Assembly: GCA_038896535.1 (NCBI GenBank)
Contig: JAWACY010000002.1
Coordinates: 128,001 to 192,000 of the forward strand
DNA from: Candidatus Anstonellales archaeon
GTDB taxonomy: Archaea; Micrarchaeota; Micrarchaeia; Anstonellales; J096
Length of the DNA: 64,000 nt
Reading direction: 5' to 3'
How positions within the stretch are numbered: the first letter of the stretch is position 1; each line of letters begins with the position of its first letter. The notes below the pieces were generated by a model. That model had not been told where the DNA came from and did no database searches. It saw only the letters and a program-made list of their open reading frames with translations. The position numbers and the translations under genes were made by a program. This document shows, piece by piece, positions 28,854-39,322 of this stretch.

Positions 28854-29525
28854 CTATTTAATTAATAACCAAAATATTTCTTTATTGCTGCTGTAATAAG
28901 CTGCATACATCGTAGCAGTCCAGCCATAATTATCCTCTTGATTTACAGCTGCTCCTCCTTTTCTTAATAGTTTAACTATTTCTGTATTGCCATGTTTAGC
29001 AGCATACATTAAAGCAGTTCTGCCATCTTTATCTTGAACATTTACATCAACCTCTGCTTTTATTAATAATTCAACTATATCAGTATTGTTATTTTCAGTA
29101 GCCCATATTAAAGCAGTATTGCCATCTTTATCTTTAGCATTTACATCTGCCCCATTTAAAAACGCTTTAACAACTCCAATAATATCACCATTTTTTGAAC
29201 TGTTTATTAGCTTTGCATTTTCTCTCATTTGCTCATATTCATTTTCCATTAATTCTTCCGCTTTTTCTTTATTTATTCCCTTCAAAGCAATGCCAACCTT
29301 CCTGCTTTTATCACTTATTATCATTTCCGCTATTTTTTCATATTCACCCTTATCAGCTAAGCTAAGGATTTCCTTCTTTTTTTCTTCTATTGTATTTTTT
29401 ATCGTATTTTTTTCCTTTTCTACTAATGGCTGCTTATTATGAAATGCATTACCAGATTCAGTAAATCCACTGTCCGTCTTTTGATTTACTATTCTACCTA
29501 CATTTTTTTTAATCTCCCGCTCCAT
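28854..29525 (-). CDS. Ankyrin repeat protein (3-4 repeats)
   Basis: GADVNAKDKDGNTALIWA, DGRTALMYAA. Confidence 0.93.
   Translation of the reverse strand: MEREIKKNVGRIVNQKTDSGFTESGNAFHNKQPLVEKEKNTIKNTIEEKKKEILSLADKGEYEKIAEMIISDKSRKVGIALKGINKEKAEELMENEYEQMRENAKLINSSKNGDIIGVVKAFLNGADVNAKDKDGNTALIWATENNNTDIVELLIKAEVDVNVQDKDGRTALMYAAKHGNTEIVKLLRKGGAAVNQEDNYGWTATMYAAYYSSNKEIFWLLIK
29356..29454. repeat. 99-bp dispersed repeat, copy 2
   Basis: 97/99 identical to 13123-13221. Confidence 0.95.
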
Positions 29526-29745
29526 AATCTCATCCCCATATTCATTTTTAAAGACATGTTAGAAATTATTTAAAGGGCTTTAAAAATATATATGTTAGAA
29601 AAATGTTAAAAAAAGTGTCTCATTTTATTATTTTAACATCTTTTACATTTCTTAATTCTTAATTCTTAATTCAGGCCATTTCCTGCTATTTTTATGCTTT
29701 CTTATAATGCCTTATGTGCCTTACTTTTTTAATATGCTTTTATTT

Positions 29746-32700
29746 TTAATATGCTTTTACATCATTAAGAGATAGCATAACAGCTTTTGAAAAACCTTGA
29801 ACTTTTGATACGCCAATAATAGAATCTGCTTTGCTTATGACTGGGTCTCTATGGCTTATTATTATAAACTGTGTTCTTTTGCTCAATGTCTTTAAAAATT
29901 CAATCATTCTCTCGCAATTAACTTTATCAAGGGCAGCATCAGCTTCATCAAATATATAGAAACCAGATTGCTTTATACTATTTATTGAGTATAAAAAGAA
30001 CAGAGATACTAATGTTTTCTCGCCTCCAGCTAAAGAATCAATATAAATTGGCTTTCCATCTTGATATATAATTATGTGTAATTCTGCATTATCAGGATCA
30101 TCACCTTTTAATATAAGCTCACCAGATTCAAAACCTTTAATATACTTTATCATTTCTTTGAATTTCTCATTTAATACATTAAACGCCTGCATAAATGCTT
30201 GCTTCTTCTTTTTATCTATCTCACTTATCATGTTAATTACTGCATTTTTTTCTTCTTTTAGTTTATCTACCCTTTCTTTTATTTCATTCACACCTTTTTC
30301 CATCTGCTCATAAAGCGATTTTGCTGAAAAGTTTATATCCCCTAGCTTTGATATGCTATTTTCTATTTCATTTAGCCTTTGCTCCAAATATGAAATTGAC
30401 TTATCAGAAATGAAAGTGAAAGCCCCCATTTTTGCCAATTCTTGATTTATGATATTAAGCCTTTCTTTTGTTGATGCTCTAGCTATTTCTATACTATTTA
30501 TAGATTTTTCTATACTGTTAAGCTTTTTTTCCAGCTCAGATTTTTGTTTTGCGTATTCCTGCTGTTTTGCATCAAGCTCTTTTAACTGTTCTATGAATGA
30601 TTCAAACTCTTTGTATTTTCTCGAAACTTCATCTTCCAATGATGTTATTGATGCCTCTGCCAAAAGTTTTGCATCATTTACCCTTCTCAATTCTTTTTCT
30701 ATGTCATTAAGGCTATTGATCAAGGCCTGCTTTTTTTCATTAAGCCTGGCAAGGTTTATTTCTAAATTGGCCTTTTCTTCTATCTGCATTTTTATCTTCA
30801 TCTTAAGCTCTGCCTTTCTTTCTATTTCTTGTTTAAACATCTCTTCAGCTTTTTTCTTCTCCTCTTTTAACTTTTCCAACATGCTATGTGCATTGTTAAT
30901 GAATTCCTTGCTCTTTTCTATTTCTTCATTTTTGTTTTTCAACCATTCTTCTATCGCCTTTATTTCAGCAATTATCTCATTTTGCCTTTTTATCTGTTCC
31001 TCTCTTAATTTTATTTCTTCTTCCTTTGCTTGTGCCTTTGCTTTTTGAAACCTCAACTCATTTATTGTTTCTCTAATGCTGTTGAGCGTATTAAGCAAAG
31101 ATGCTTTCTCTTCTTTTAATGCCTCAATTTTTTTACTTATCTCCTCCACATATTTAGAAGAAGCTAAGCTTGACTTGCTTGCCCCTCCTGTTATAGCGCC
31201 AGATTTTTCAAAAAGCTCTCCAGATAATGTAACAACTCTGTCATATTTTTTTGCAAGTTCCTTTGCTTCATTAAAGCTCTCTGCTAATATTGTAGTGCCA
31301 AATGTATATATTATTGCTTGCTCATATGCTGGGCTGTATTCAATAAAGTTTATTATTGCTTTTGGATTTTCTTTATCTTTTTTTATATTCATCTCTTTTA
31401 TTGGCAAAAATGTTACTCTGCCAAGCTGATTTTTCTTGAGCATTTCTATTATTTCTTTTGCAACGCTTGAATCTGAAACAACAATATAAGAAAGCCTATT
31501 TCCTCCTGCCGCATCAACAGCACTTGTTAAATGCTCTGGGAAATCGATTAAGTCTATGACTCTTCCAAAAATACCATTTATTTTATTGGTCTTTCTTAAT
31601 TCTTCTATAAAAAGATAAGCATTGCTTTGTGATAAAGATGCGCTTGCTTTTACTAATGCATATTTTTCTCTCAATGATATTAATTCATTGTCTATTGCTA
31701 TAAGCCTTGCATTTATTTCTTTTTCTTTGTTTATTGCCTCATTTAGTTTCTTGCTTATGCCTTCTATATTTATTTCTTGCCCTTCTATTTTATCTATCTT
31801 TATTGTTTTCAATGTTTCTAATCTTTCTTTCTTTATTGATACGTCATTTAAAAAAGCCCTTTTTTCTTCAATTGCTTGATTCAGCTCATCTATTTTTTGA
31901 TCTATGCTCGCAATAATAGATATTTCCTCCTGCTCTTTTTCTGAAATTTTTATATTGCTTAATTCAACAAGCTTGTCTGCATTTACGCTTATTTCTTGCT
32001 CAATGCTTGTCAAGGCATTATTTAGCTCTTCCTTTTTTTCCTCTAAATGTGATATATTAGCTTCAATTATCTTTATTTCTGCTTTCTTTTTTTCTAATTC
32101 TTTGAACAGCTCATCTCTCTCTCTTAATCTTATAAGTTCCTTATCAATGCTTTCTCTTTGCTTGTCTATTTCATTTATTTTTTCCAGCACATAATTTAAG
32201 TTCTTTTCTATTTCTGCCTTTTCTTTTTCTTTCTCATCTATTTCTTTTTCCTGCATTTTTAATGTCGCGCTTATTGAATCATGCTGCATCTTTATAATTG
32301 TGCCTTTTATATCATTCCTCTCTTTTAATAAGCTTTCATATTCACTCATCTTTTTAATATCTTGCTCTAATTGATTAAGCATATTTAACTTCTCGCCCAA
32401 TATTAGATTTATTTCCCTTATCTTACCATTAACGATTTCAAGCTCTTTCATTGCTTCTGCCCTTTTTATTGTGTAAACAGCAGTTTCTGCAAGCTCTTCT
32501 AAATATTGCTTTCTCTCTTTTGGCTTCATTTTTACTATTTTCTGTATTTCTCCTTGAGGGATTATTGCATTTCTTATATTCCCTATGCCATTCAAAACAA
32601 GGAAGTGCTTTAGCTCCTTTATTTTTATTTTTTTACCATTTAGCATTATTCTTGTTTTTCCATCCCTCCTTATCTGCCTTGTTATTACATATTCTTCTTT

Positions 32701-32946
32701 TCCATTTGTTGGACATAGCATTAATGAAACAGATGCAACTTTTGAATTCTTATTTACAAGGTTTTCAAGCTTCTCTGCTCTAAGCTTTGATAATGATGTT
32801 TCTCCCAAAGCAAACATCACTGCATCTATTATATTGCTTTTTCCAGAGCCATTTGGCCCCATTATTGCAGTTATGCCTTCAGATAATTGTATATTTGCTT
32901 TTTTGAATGATTTAAAATTTGATATAGATATTTCTTTTATTCTCAT
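29746..32946 (-). CDS. smc: Chromosome segregation protein SMC
   Basis: FKSF, GPNGSGKSN, Q-loop PQG, hinge GRVTFLP/ITGG, signature LAGGEK, Walker B/D-loop FDEADAALD; true start MRIKEI at 32946. Confidence 0.96.
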   Translation of the reverse strand: MRIKEISISNFKSFKKANIQLSEGITAIMGPNGSGKSNIIDAVMFALGETSLSKLRAEKLENLVNKNSKVASVSLMLCPTNGKEEYVITRQIRRDGKTRIMLNGKKIKIKELKHFLVLNGIGNIRNAIIPQGEIQKIVKMKPKERKQYLEELAETAVYTIKRAEAMKELEIVNGKIREINLILGEKLNMLNQLEQDIKKMSEYESLLKERNDIKGTIIKMQHDSISATLKMQEKEIDEKEKEKAEIEKNLNYVLEKINEIDKQRESIDKELIRLRERDELFKELEKKKAEIKIIEANISHLEEKKEELNNALTSIEQEISVNADKLVELSNIKISEKEQEEISIIASIDQKIDELNQAIEEKRAFLNDVSIKKERLETLKTIKIDKIEGQEINIEGISKKLNEAINKEKEINARLIAIDNELISLREKYALVKASASLSQSNAYLFIEELRKTNKINGIFGRVIDLIDFPEHLTSAVDAAGGNRLSYIVVSDSSVAKEIIEMLKKNQLGRVTFLPIKEMNIKKDKENPKAIINFIEYSPAYEQAIIYTFGTTILAESFNEAKELAKKYDRVVTLSGELFEKSGAITGGASKSSLASSKYVEEISKKIEALKEEKASLLNTLNSIRETINELRFQKAKAQAKEEEIKLREEQIKRQNEIIAEIKAIEEWLKNKNEEIEKSKEFINNAHSMLEKLKEEKKKAEEMFKQEIERKAELKMKIKMQIEEKANLEINLARLNEKKQALINSLNDIEKELRRVNDAKLLAEASITSLEDEVSRKYKEFESFIEQLKELDAKQQEYAKQKSELEKKLNSIEKSINSIEIARASTKERLNIINQELAKMGAFTFISDKSISYLEQRLNEIENSISKLGDINFSAKSLYEQMEKGVNEIKERVDKLKEEKNAVINMISEIDKKKKQAFMQAFNVLNEKFKEMIKYIKGFESGELILKGDDPDNAELHIIIYQDGKPIYIDSLAGGEKTLVSLFFLYSINSIKQSGFYIFDEADAALDKVNCERMIEFLKTLSKRTQFIIISHRDPVISKADSIIGVSKVQGFSKAVMLSLNDVKAY

Positions 32947-32947
32947 T

Positions 32948-34654
32948 TTAAGAACTCCATATAAATAATGGCTCCTGCCCTTTTTTATCAAGCCTGCAAA
33001 AACAAACTCTTTCAAATTGTATAATGCTGCCTTCATCAAGTTCATTTATATTCTTTTCTGCTATGCCTTTATGCATTATTAAACTATTATCATTGAACTC
33101 CCCATTATCATGCAAGGGTTGCTTTGGTTCGATGATTGTTGCATTTACAAAGAAATCCTTTGCTATCCATTGTATTTTTGGCAATCCTTTTGGCTCGCCT
33201 TTTTCTAGCAATAGTTTTTTATTTTTCTTATCAACAACTGCATTTGAAAATTCCTTTAATCTTATTATTTCTCCATCAACAAATGAATCCCAATCAGCCC
33301 TTTGAACATATATAATGTTGTTAACCATAACAATCCTATGCTCCTGCTTGTTTGGATTTTTTCTTATTAAAATACTTTCCGGGATATCAAAATCTGATTC
33401 AATGCTAACCTCAATTGGTTGTTCAACAAAGAAATATCTATTAGCTATTTTATCCAATATCGCTCTGTTTTTCTGCATTAATATTGATATATCAGCTGGA
33501 TTTTCTTGCTTTCCTAAACCAAATGATAAGGAGAACTCTTTTATTGCTTCTGGCATTACCCCTCTTCTTTTCAATGCCTTTAATGTTAAAAGCCTTGGGT
33601 CATCCCATGATGCTATCTTGCCCTGTTCTATTAATGCCCTTATCTCCCTTTTGCTTATAGGATAGCCAGGAACAAACAAGCGTGAAATGTGTATAAGCTC
33701 AATGTCTTTTTCTGGAAACATATCTTTTAATAGTGCATAATAAAGCTCGCCAAAAAGCTCGTATTCTTTGCTTCTTATTGCATGTGTTATGCCTTGCATT
33801 GCATCCATATAAACAGAAGCAAAATGATAAGTTGGCCATAGCTTATATTTATTGCCGTGCCTAAAATGATATGCATCCATTATTCTTGCTATTGCTGGAT
33901 CCCTTAATGCTGTATTATTACTTTTTATATCTCCTTTATATAATAATACTGCCTTTCCTTTCTTTACTTTGCCTTTTATCATATCGTTAAAAATTTCTAA
34001 ATTCTCATTCACTTCCCTGTTTCTATGTGGGCATTCCATCTTTTTTGCTCTGTAATTTGCTATTTCCTCATCTTCGCATTCACAGATAAATGCCTTGGCA
34101 TTTATTATTAGCTCTTCAATCTTTTTATACATACCTTGAATAAAATCTGAACTAAATGATATGCTCTCTGGTTTTATGCCAAGCCAATTTAGATCATCCA
34201 TTATTGCATTAACATATTCCTCCTTCGATTTTTCTGGGTTTGTATCATCAAACCTTAAAATCATCCTCCCCTTGTTTTCTTCTGCAATTGCATAGCTCAA
34301 AAATGCTGCCTTTGCATGCCCTATGTGTAAAAATCCTGATGGCTCTGGGGAGAATCTCGTTATAATATCTCTCCCAACATCTCTTATGATATATTTTTTC
34401 TTCTCTTGCTTTTGTATTTTTGAATGCTCTTTTATTTTCTCAGCATTCAATGCTATTTCCTCAATTGGCATTTTATTTACTTCTTCAACAATGGCCTTTA
34501 TCTCATTCACAATTGCTTTTATTTCATCTTTCATATCAGGAAATTTGCCAAACAATTTTGGTAGCACAAAATCTATGCTTGTTTTGCCATATTTTGCAGC
34601 ATTTATCATTGCAATATTTCTTGCTTCTTCTATTAGCTTTTCTTTTGCATGCAT
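32948..34654 (-). CDS. gltX: Glutamyl-tRNA synthetase (archaeal type)
   Basis: RFSPEPSGFLHIGH, RFDDTNP, THAIRSKE, ISKR, WDDPRL, QFER. Confidence 0.96.
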   Translation of the reverse strand: MHAKEKLIEEARNIAMINAAKYGKTSIDFVLPKLFGKFPDMKDEIKAIVNEIKAIVEEVNKMPIEEIALNAEKIKEHSKIQKQEKKKYIIRDVGRDIITRFSPEPSGFLHIGHAKAAFLSYAIAEENKGRMILRFDDTNPEKSKEEYVNAIMDDLNWLGIKPESISFSSDFIQGMYKKIEELIINAKAFICECEDEEIANYRAKKMECPHRNREVNENLEIFNDMIKGKVKKGKAVLLYKGDIKSNNTALRDPAIARIMDAYHFRHGNKYKLWPTYHFASVYMDAMQGITHAIRSKEYELFGELYYALLKDMFPEKDIELIHISRLFVPGYPISKREIRALIEQGKIASWDDPRLLTLKALKRRGVMPEAIKEFSLSFGLGKQENPADISILMQKNRAILDKIANRYFFVEQPIEVSIESDFDIPESILIRKNPNKQEHRIVMVNNIIYVQRADWDSFVDGEIIRLKEFSNAVVDKKNKKLLLEKGEPKGLPKIQWIAKDFFVNATIIEPKQPLHDNGEFNDNSLIMHKGIAEKNINELDEGSIIQFERVCFCRLDKKGQEPLFIWSS

Positions 34655-34670
34655 AAAAAATCACCAAGCT

Positions 34671-36317
34671 CTATTTTTCATTCTCATCTGATTGCCATAA
34701 TTGCATTAAAAATTGCTCGACCTTCTTTCTTTTTTCATCAAACTCTGATATCTGCGCTTTTGCCTCTTCAACCTTCTTTCCTCTTTCCTCTTTTCTTAAA
34801 TCAAGCAACTGCATTTGTTTCAATAGCAAATTTATATTCTTCTCAAGTTTTTCATATGCTTGTTTCAGCTCGGCCAGTTTGTTATAAAATTCATTAAGCT
34901 TGTCAAAAGAATATGATATCTCTTCTGCTTTTTTAACGATTGCTATAACATCATTTGATAACAACCTTTTCCTTGCTTCTTCCATTCTTTTCTCTTGCTG
35001 CTCACTTATGCTATTAAGCTTTGCTTTTAATTGTTCAGCATTTTGATTAATATCTGATATCTGCTTCAAATATAAATTTAAAGAAGAAACAAGTCTATCT
35101 TTTATTGTTGTATAAGTGCTGTATGTCTTTATTTCTTCATCAAGAGCAGAAAAAAGATCGCCAACTTCTTTTATTACTGCTTTTTTCTGCTCATTTATTT
35201 TTTCACTCATATTAGCTAATTCTTTAATTATTCTGTCAATATCTCTCATTTGTTTTATTGCCACTTCAAGCTGTTCTATGTCTTGCGCTTTTTTATGCAA
35301 CCCCTCTATTTCATGCTTTATGCTCTCGGCATCAAACTTAAATTCAGACATTGCAGATTTCATTGTTTCTATTGCAAAGCGTATTTCCTCTAAATCTTTC
35401 AGCAATTTTTCCTTCCTATTTATAACTTCTTTTATCTCATCACTTGTCTTAACATTATTTGCATCGACTTTGAGCTTTTCTATCTCTTTCTTTTTCTCTT
35501 CTAACTCTTGCTCTAATGTAGCTTTTAATTTTGCAAACTCTCCAATTTGCTGAAATGCTGGCGTTTTTAATTTTTCTAAAGCATTGTTTATTTCTTCTTT
35601 AAGTTGTTCAAACTCATTTAGCTTTGCTGATAAAAGTTCTGCATTTGACAACTGCTTTTCTGCTTGTTTTATCGCATCTAGCATGTTTGACATATTGCCA
35701 ATTAAGTTATCAAGTTCTCCTTTAGCTTTTTTAACTTGTTCTATTTTTTGGTCTATTTTTGATGCTTTTATGCTGTCTTGGAATGTATTTATTTCTCCAG
35801 CAACAACTTTTATATCATCGCTAATAAGGCTGAGCTTCAAACCAAGCTCTTCTACTGATTTCTTTATTTCAATATATTCTTTCTGCTCTTCTGCTGATTT
35901 CTTTATCTCATCTGCTGCTTGTTTTAATTTCATCACATCTTCTGCAAGCATCTTTATTTTTTCCCCTGTTTTAACATACAGCTCTTCAAGCTTGCCTTTT
36001 TCTTCTTCTAATTTATCAAATATCGGCTTCGTTTCTTCTATAACCGTTGTTTTAGTTCTCTCTACTTCTTTTGACAAAGCTTCTATTTCTTCAGGTTTTG
36101 CTTTTTTCCATTTAACAGTAATTTTATATACTCCATACTTTACTTCTATAATGCCCTCTTGCTCCAATATTGTTGCCCATTCTTCAAGCTGTTTTATTGG
36201 TATATTGAGCTTTTGTGAAGCATAATTAAGGTCAAGCTCTCCTTGTTCCATGACAAGCTTGATAAAAGCATCTATTGGGGTAGAAACAAGCAAATCCTTA
36301 AATTCTTCTCCTGCCAT
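34671..36317 (-). CDS. N-terminal winged-helix plus long coiled-coil protein
   Basis: TPIDAFIKLV..ASQKLNI..LEEWATILEQEGIIEV followed by ~470 aa of E/K/L-rich heptad-like sequence. Confidence 0.75.
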   Translation of the reverse strand: MAGEEFKDLLVSTPIDAFIKLVMEQGELDLNYASQKLNIPIKQLEEWATILEQEGIIEVKYGVYKITVKWKKAKPEEIEALSKEVERTKTTVIEETKPIFDKLEEEKGKLEELYVKTGEKIKMLAEDVMKLKQAADEIKKSAEEQKEYIEIKKSVEELGLKLSLISDDIKVVAGEINTFQDSIKASKIDQKIEQVKKAKGELDNLIGNMSNMLDAIKQAEKQLSNAELLSAKLNEFEQLKEEINNALEKLKTPAFQQIGEFAKLKATLEQELEEKKKEIEKLKVDANNVKTSDEIKEVINRKEKLLKDLEEIRFAIETMKSAMSEFKFDAESIKHEIEGLHKKAQDIEQLEVAIKQMRDIDRIIKELANMSEKINEQKKAVIKEVGDLFSALDEEIKTYSTYTTIKDRLVSSLNLYLKQISDINQNAEQLKAKLNSISEQQEKRMEEARKRLLSNDVIAIVKKAEEISYSFDKLNEFYNKLAELKQAYEKLEKNINLLLKQMQLLDLRKEERGKKVEEAKAQISEFDEKRKKVEQFLMQLWQSDENEK

Positions 36318-36390
36318 TGAACATATTTAAATAACAATATTAATAAATGTTTAGTTTTATAATATAAAAGCATTGAAAGGTGGTTTGTAA

Positions 36391-37725
36391 ATGCGCGTTA
36401 AAAAGATAGAAGAAAGTTATTTACAAAAATTTAAGAATCAAGTAAAGATAAGCAAAATGTTTGGTAAAGATGCTATAAAAGTTTATAATGCAGTATCAAA
36501 AGATGAATGGATAGATGAGAAAGCAGTAGCTAAATTAACTGGACTTGATGAAAGTAGTATATTAAAAATATTTGAATTCATGGAAAAAGAGGGCATGTTG
36601 GCAATATATAAAGAAGTAAGCGAGAAGGTTGGCGAAAAAGAAATAAAAGAAGAAATAAAAGAAAGGCCTGAAATAGAAGCAAGAGAAGAAAAAGTAGAAA
36701 TTGAAAGAGAAGAAGCTAAAAGGGAAGAAGCTGAAAGGGAAGAAGCTTTAGGAGAAGGATTAGAAGGTGGTGAAGAAGCTAAAGAGTTTGCTGAGGAAAT
36801 AGAAAAAGAAGTTGAAGAGGAAAAAGCAGAAATACATGAAGGAAAAGCACATGAAATAGAATTTGAAGAAGAAATAAAACCAGAATTTGAGACAGGTGGG
36901 ATAGTTGAGAAAAAGCCAGGCAAAGAAGAATTGCCAACTGAAGAAATAAGAGAAAGAGAGACAGCAAAATTAAGTGATGAAGAAAGGGATGTTTACAATG
37001 TATATGGCGAAACAGGAGTTGATGTGCTGAACAAATTAAAAGAGGGAAAAACAACAAAAGAAATATCATTAGCCCTTGGTATGGAAGAAAGAGATATAAA
37101 AGAAATAGAGAATTTTCTATTAAATAAAGGTTATATAAAGGCTAAAGAAGCAGTAGTTGAAACAACACAAAAGGCTGAGCCTGCTGAAGAGGATAAATAT
37201 GCCCCATTAACAGCAAAGGGCGAAGAACTTGTATCAGCTGTAAAAGATGAAGATGCAATAAAGTTAATAAAAATGAAAAAATTAAGTTTTTTCGATAAGT
37301 TGAAAAATAAATTCTTTATTGTATTGAGACACAAAAAATTTGGAAGGCTTATATTTGAGACAATTGATAAAGAAAAAGAAGTTGATACAATAACTTTAGT
37401 AGAGAAAAACTTAATAGATATAAAAAAGGTTGAAGCTGTTATAGAGGATATGAAAAAGGCCGGCATAATTGAAATAAGCCAGTTATCTAGAGATGAAATA
37501 AGGAAGAAATTTGGTTATGATTCATTAAGCATATATAGAAAATATGGAAAGGCTGGAGTCATAATGTATGATCTTGTTGGTAAAGACCTCCGCTTAAAAG
37601 AAATTGCAAACTTAGCTGGCTTGACTGATAAAGAAAAAATATATGAAATCTTCTCTTTTATCCATAGATTGCTTGGTATAGAAATCCCATTAGACAAAAC
37701 GCTCATTATGAAACAATTAGAGTAA
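36391..37725 (+). CDS. Multi winged-helix protein with acidic linker
   Basis: Four similar wHTH-like units; Glu-rich region at about aa 75-195. Confidence 0.7.
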   Translation: MRVKKIEESYLQKFKNQVKISKMFGKDAIKVYNAVSKDEWIDEKAVAKLTGLDESSILKIFEFMEKEGMLAIYKEVSEKVGEKEIKEEIKERPEIEAREEKVEIEREEAKREEAEREEALGEGLEGGEEAKEFAEEIEKEVEEEKAEIHEGKAHEIEFEEEIKPEFETGGIVEKKPGKEELPTEEIRERETAKLSDEERDVYNVYGETGVDVLNKLKEGKTTKEISLALGMEERDIKEIENFLLNKGYIKAKEAVVETTQKAEPAEEDKYAPLTAKGEELVSAVKDEDAIKLIKMKKLSFFDKLKNKFFIVLRHKKFGRLIFETIDKEKEVDTITLVEKNLIDIKKVEAVIEDMKKAGIIEISQLSRDEIRKKFGYDSLSIYRKYGKAGVIMYDLVGKDLRLKEIANLAGLTDKEKIYEIFSFIHRLLGIEIPLDKTLIMKQLE

Positions 37726-37984
37726 ATTATGAGATTAAAATATTAATGTAAAAAATTTCCTGAAAGATACAAGATAATGATTTAACTAATAAAATAAACA
37801 ATGGCAATAGGAGTAAATATAATAATATGACGAAAGAACGAATCAATAGCTAATGAATAATTAATAATTAATAGAGAAATTAATGAATAGAGAAAGATTA
37901 AAATTTATGATAATTTAATTTAACTTTTGATCTGCCATGTAATGTGCTATGTAATCTGGCATTAGCTTTGCATTGGCTTTATAT

Positions 37985-38443
37985 TCAAATTATTTTTATT
38001 TCAGTTATTGGTAGGGCTTTTAATAAAAGGCCAGAATTTCTAGCATGGCTTATTATCTCAGCTGGAATTTTCGCATCAGGACAGATAATATAAAAAATAT
38101 AACCAAAATGTGATGAATGTTCATATGCATTGCATGAATGATGCTTTATATAATGCTTTAATTGCTCAAATTTTTCTTTTCCTTCAATAGATGCTAAAGG
38201 ATTTTCTATATGCATGATAAGTAAATAAGCCCTGTCTTTATATTTATTTTTCTCTTCTTTCATTATTATTTTAAAACCTTTTATGACCCCATTTTTCTGC
38301 ATCTTTGCTATTCTTTTTTTGACTGCTGTTACGCTTATGCCAATGCTTTTGGCAATATAAGATAAAGGCGCTCTTGCATTTTCTCTTAATATTGATATAA
38401 TTTTTTTATCTTTTTCATCCATATTAGAAAGTTCCTGTTGCAT
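37985..38443 (-). CDS. Lrp/AsnC family transcriptional regulator
   Basis: MDEKDKKIISILRENARAPLSYIAKSIGIS..AVKKRIAKM..GVIKGF. Confidence 0.9.
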   Translation of the reverse strand: MQQELSNMDEKDKKIISILRENARAPLSYIAKSIGISVTAVKKRIAKMQKNGVIKGFKIIMKEEKNKYKDRAYLLIMHIENPLASIEGKEKFEQLKHYIKHHSCNAYEHSSHFGYIFYIICPDAKIPAEIISHARNSGLLLKALPITEIKII

Positions 38444-38471
38444 TTTTAAACTTTATTATATCATTCAAATT

Positions 38472-39065
38472 ATGGCAATAGAAACATCAATGGAAGAGCT
38501 TAATGAATTGCTCGGCCCAATAAAAGAAGGAGACATTATATTAATAACATTTAATGATAAAAATACTGCCAGGATATTCAGCCAATATCTAGTGCCAAAA
38601 AAAGGGAATGCAATAATAATAAGTACAGATTTTAAACCTGATACAATAAATGCAAATGCAATTTTTATAGATGCTTATTCATTAGAGAGAGGGGTTAAGC
38701 CAAGAGAAGGGGATAGAGCAGTTTATGTTAGTTCCATTAATGATATATCATTGGAAACATCACAACTCATTTCTGATAAGCAGATAAATGCTGTTATCAT
38801 TTTATCTATTTCAACATTGTTAAAAAAGAATCCAAAAGATGCTGTTATGAGATTTATAGATCTAATATCTGCAAGAATAAAGGAGACTGGTGGAGCTTTA
38901 ATATTATTATCTGATGAAAAGGGGGAAGATATTGATACACTTGAAGCATTAGCAAATATAAATATAAAATTAACGACAAAAGATAATAATGTATTATTAA
39001 CAAGCAATGCTTTTCCATTTCCACTTGAATTAATTATTTTTGCTGATAAAATGGTGGTAAAATGA
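38472..39065 (+). CDS. Degenerate RecA/KaiC (RAD55)-like protein
   Basis: TSMEELNELLG..EGDIILI, FIDAYS, VIILSISTLL layout; no intact Walker A. Confidence 0.6.
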   Translation: MAIETSMEELNELLGPIKEGDIILITFNDKNTARIFSQYLVPKKGNAIIISTDFKPDTINANAIFIDAYSLERGVKPREGDRAVYVSSINDISLETSQLISDKQINAVIILSISTLLKKNPKDAVMRFIDLISARIKETGGALILLSDEKGEDIDTLEALANINIKLTTKDNNVLLTSNAFPFPLELIIFADKMVVK

Positions 39066-39322
39066 AAACAATAAAAATAAAAGGAGGAAAAATAACAAAG
39101 AATGAACTATCTTTGAATGATATTGAATTAGAGGCAATGCAAAAGATTTTTTTACATGTAAAAAGCACTATAGCATCAACTGGTGATGTATTAAAGTTTA
39201 TAAAAATAAAAGCTAAAAAAGGCACATTCATAATAAGTGGGGCTGAAGATGAATTAAATATATCCATGCCAGATAGTGAAGGAGAAGAGGTAAGCTTGAT
39301 AAATGAAATTATGAAAAAATAA
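39062..39322 (+). CDS. Hypothetical protein
   Basis: 86-aa ORF with SD GGTGG, coupled to both neighbours. Confidence 0.6.
   Translation: MKTIKIKGGKITKNELSLNDIELEAMQKIFLHVKSTIASTGDVLKFIKIKAKKGTFIISGAEDELNISMPDSEGEEVSLINEIMKK

Noticed and set aside
28770..28860. Short direct repeats as a mini-CRISPR
   Set aside because: Units of 9-17 bp without unique 30-40 bp spacers; no cas genes in the window
13123..29454. 99-bp repeat pair as a DGR template/variable region
   Set aside because: Both mismatches fall on A in one copy, but that is only 2 of many adenines; both copies are N-terminal coding sequence and no reverse transcriptase is in the window
32947..33045. N-terminal extension of SMC in the ORF track
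   Set aside because: Overlaps gltX; the canonical SMC start is MRIKEI at 32946
30074..36923. Many S/F/L-rich antisense ORFs over smc and the coiled-coil genes (also over ribosomal genes and copA)
   Set aside because: Shadow frames of E/K-rich sense genes
37726..37984. AT-rich spacer as ncRNA or replication origin
   Set aside because: No stable GC structure or ORB-like repeats; no cdc6/orc1 nearby
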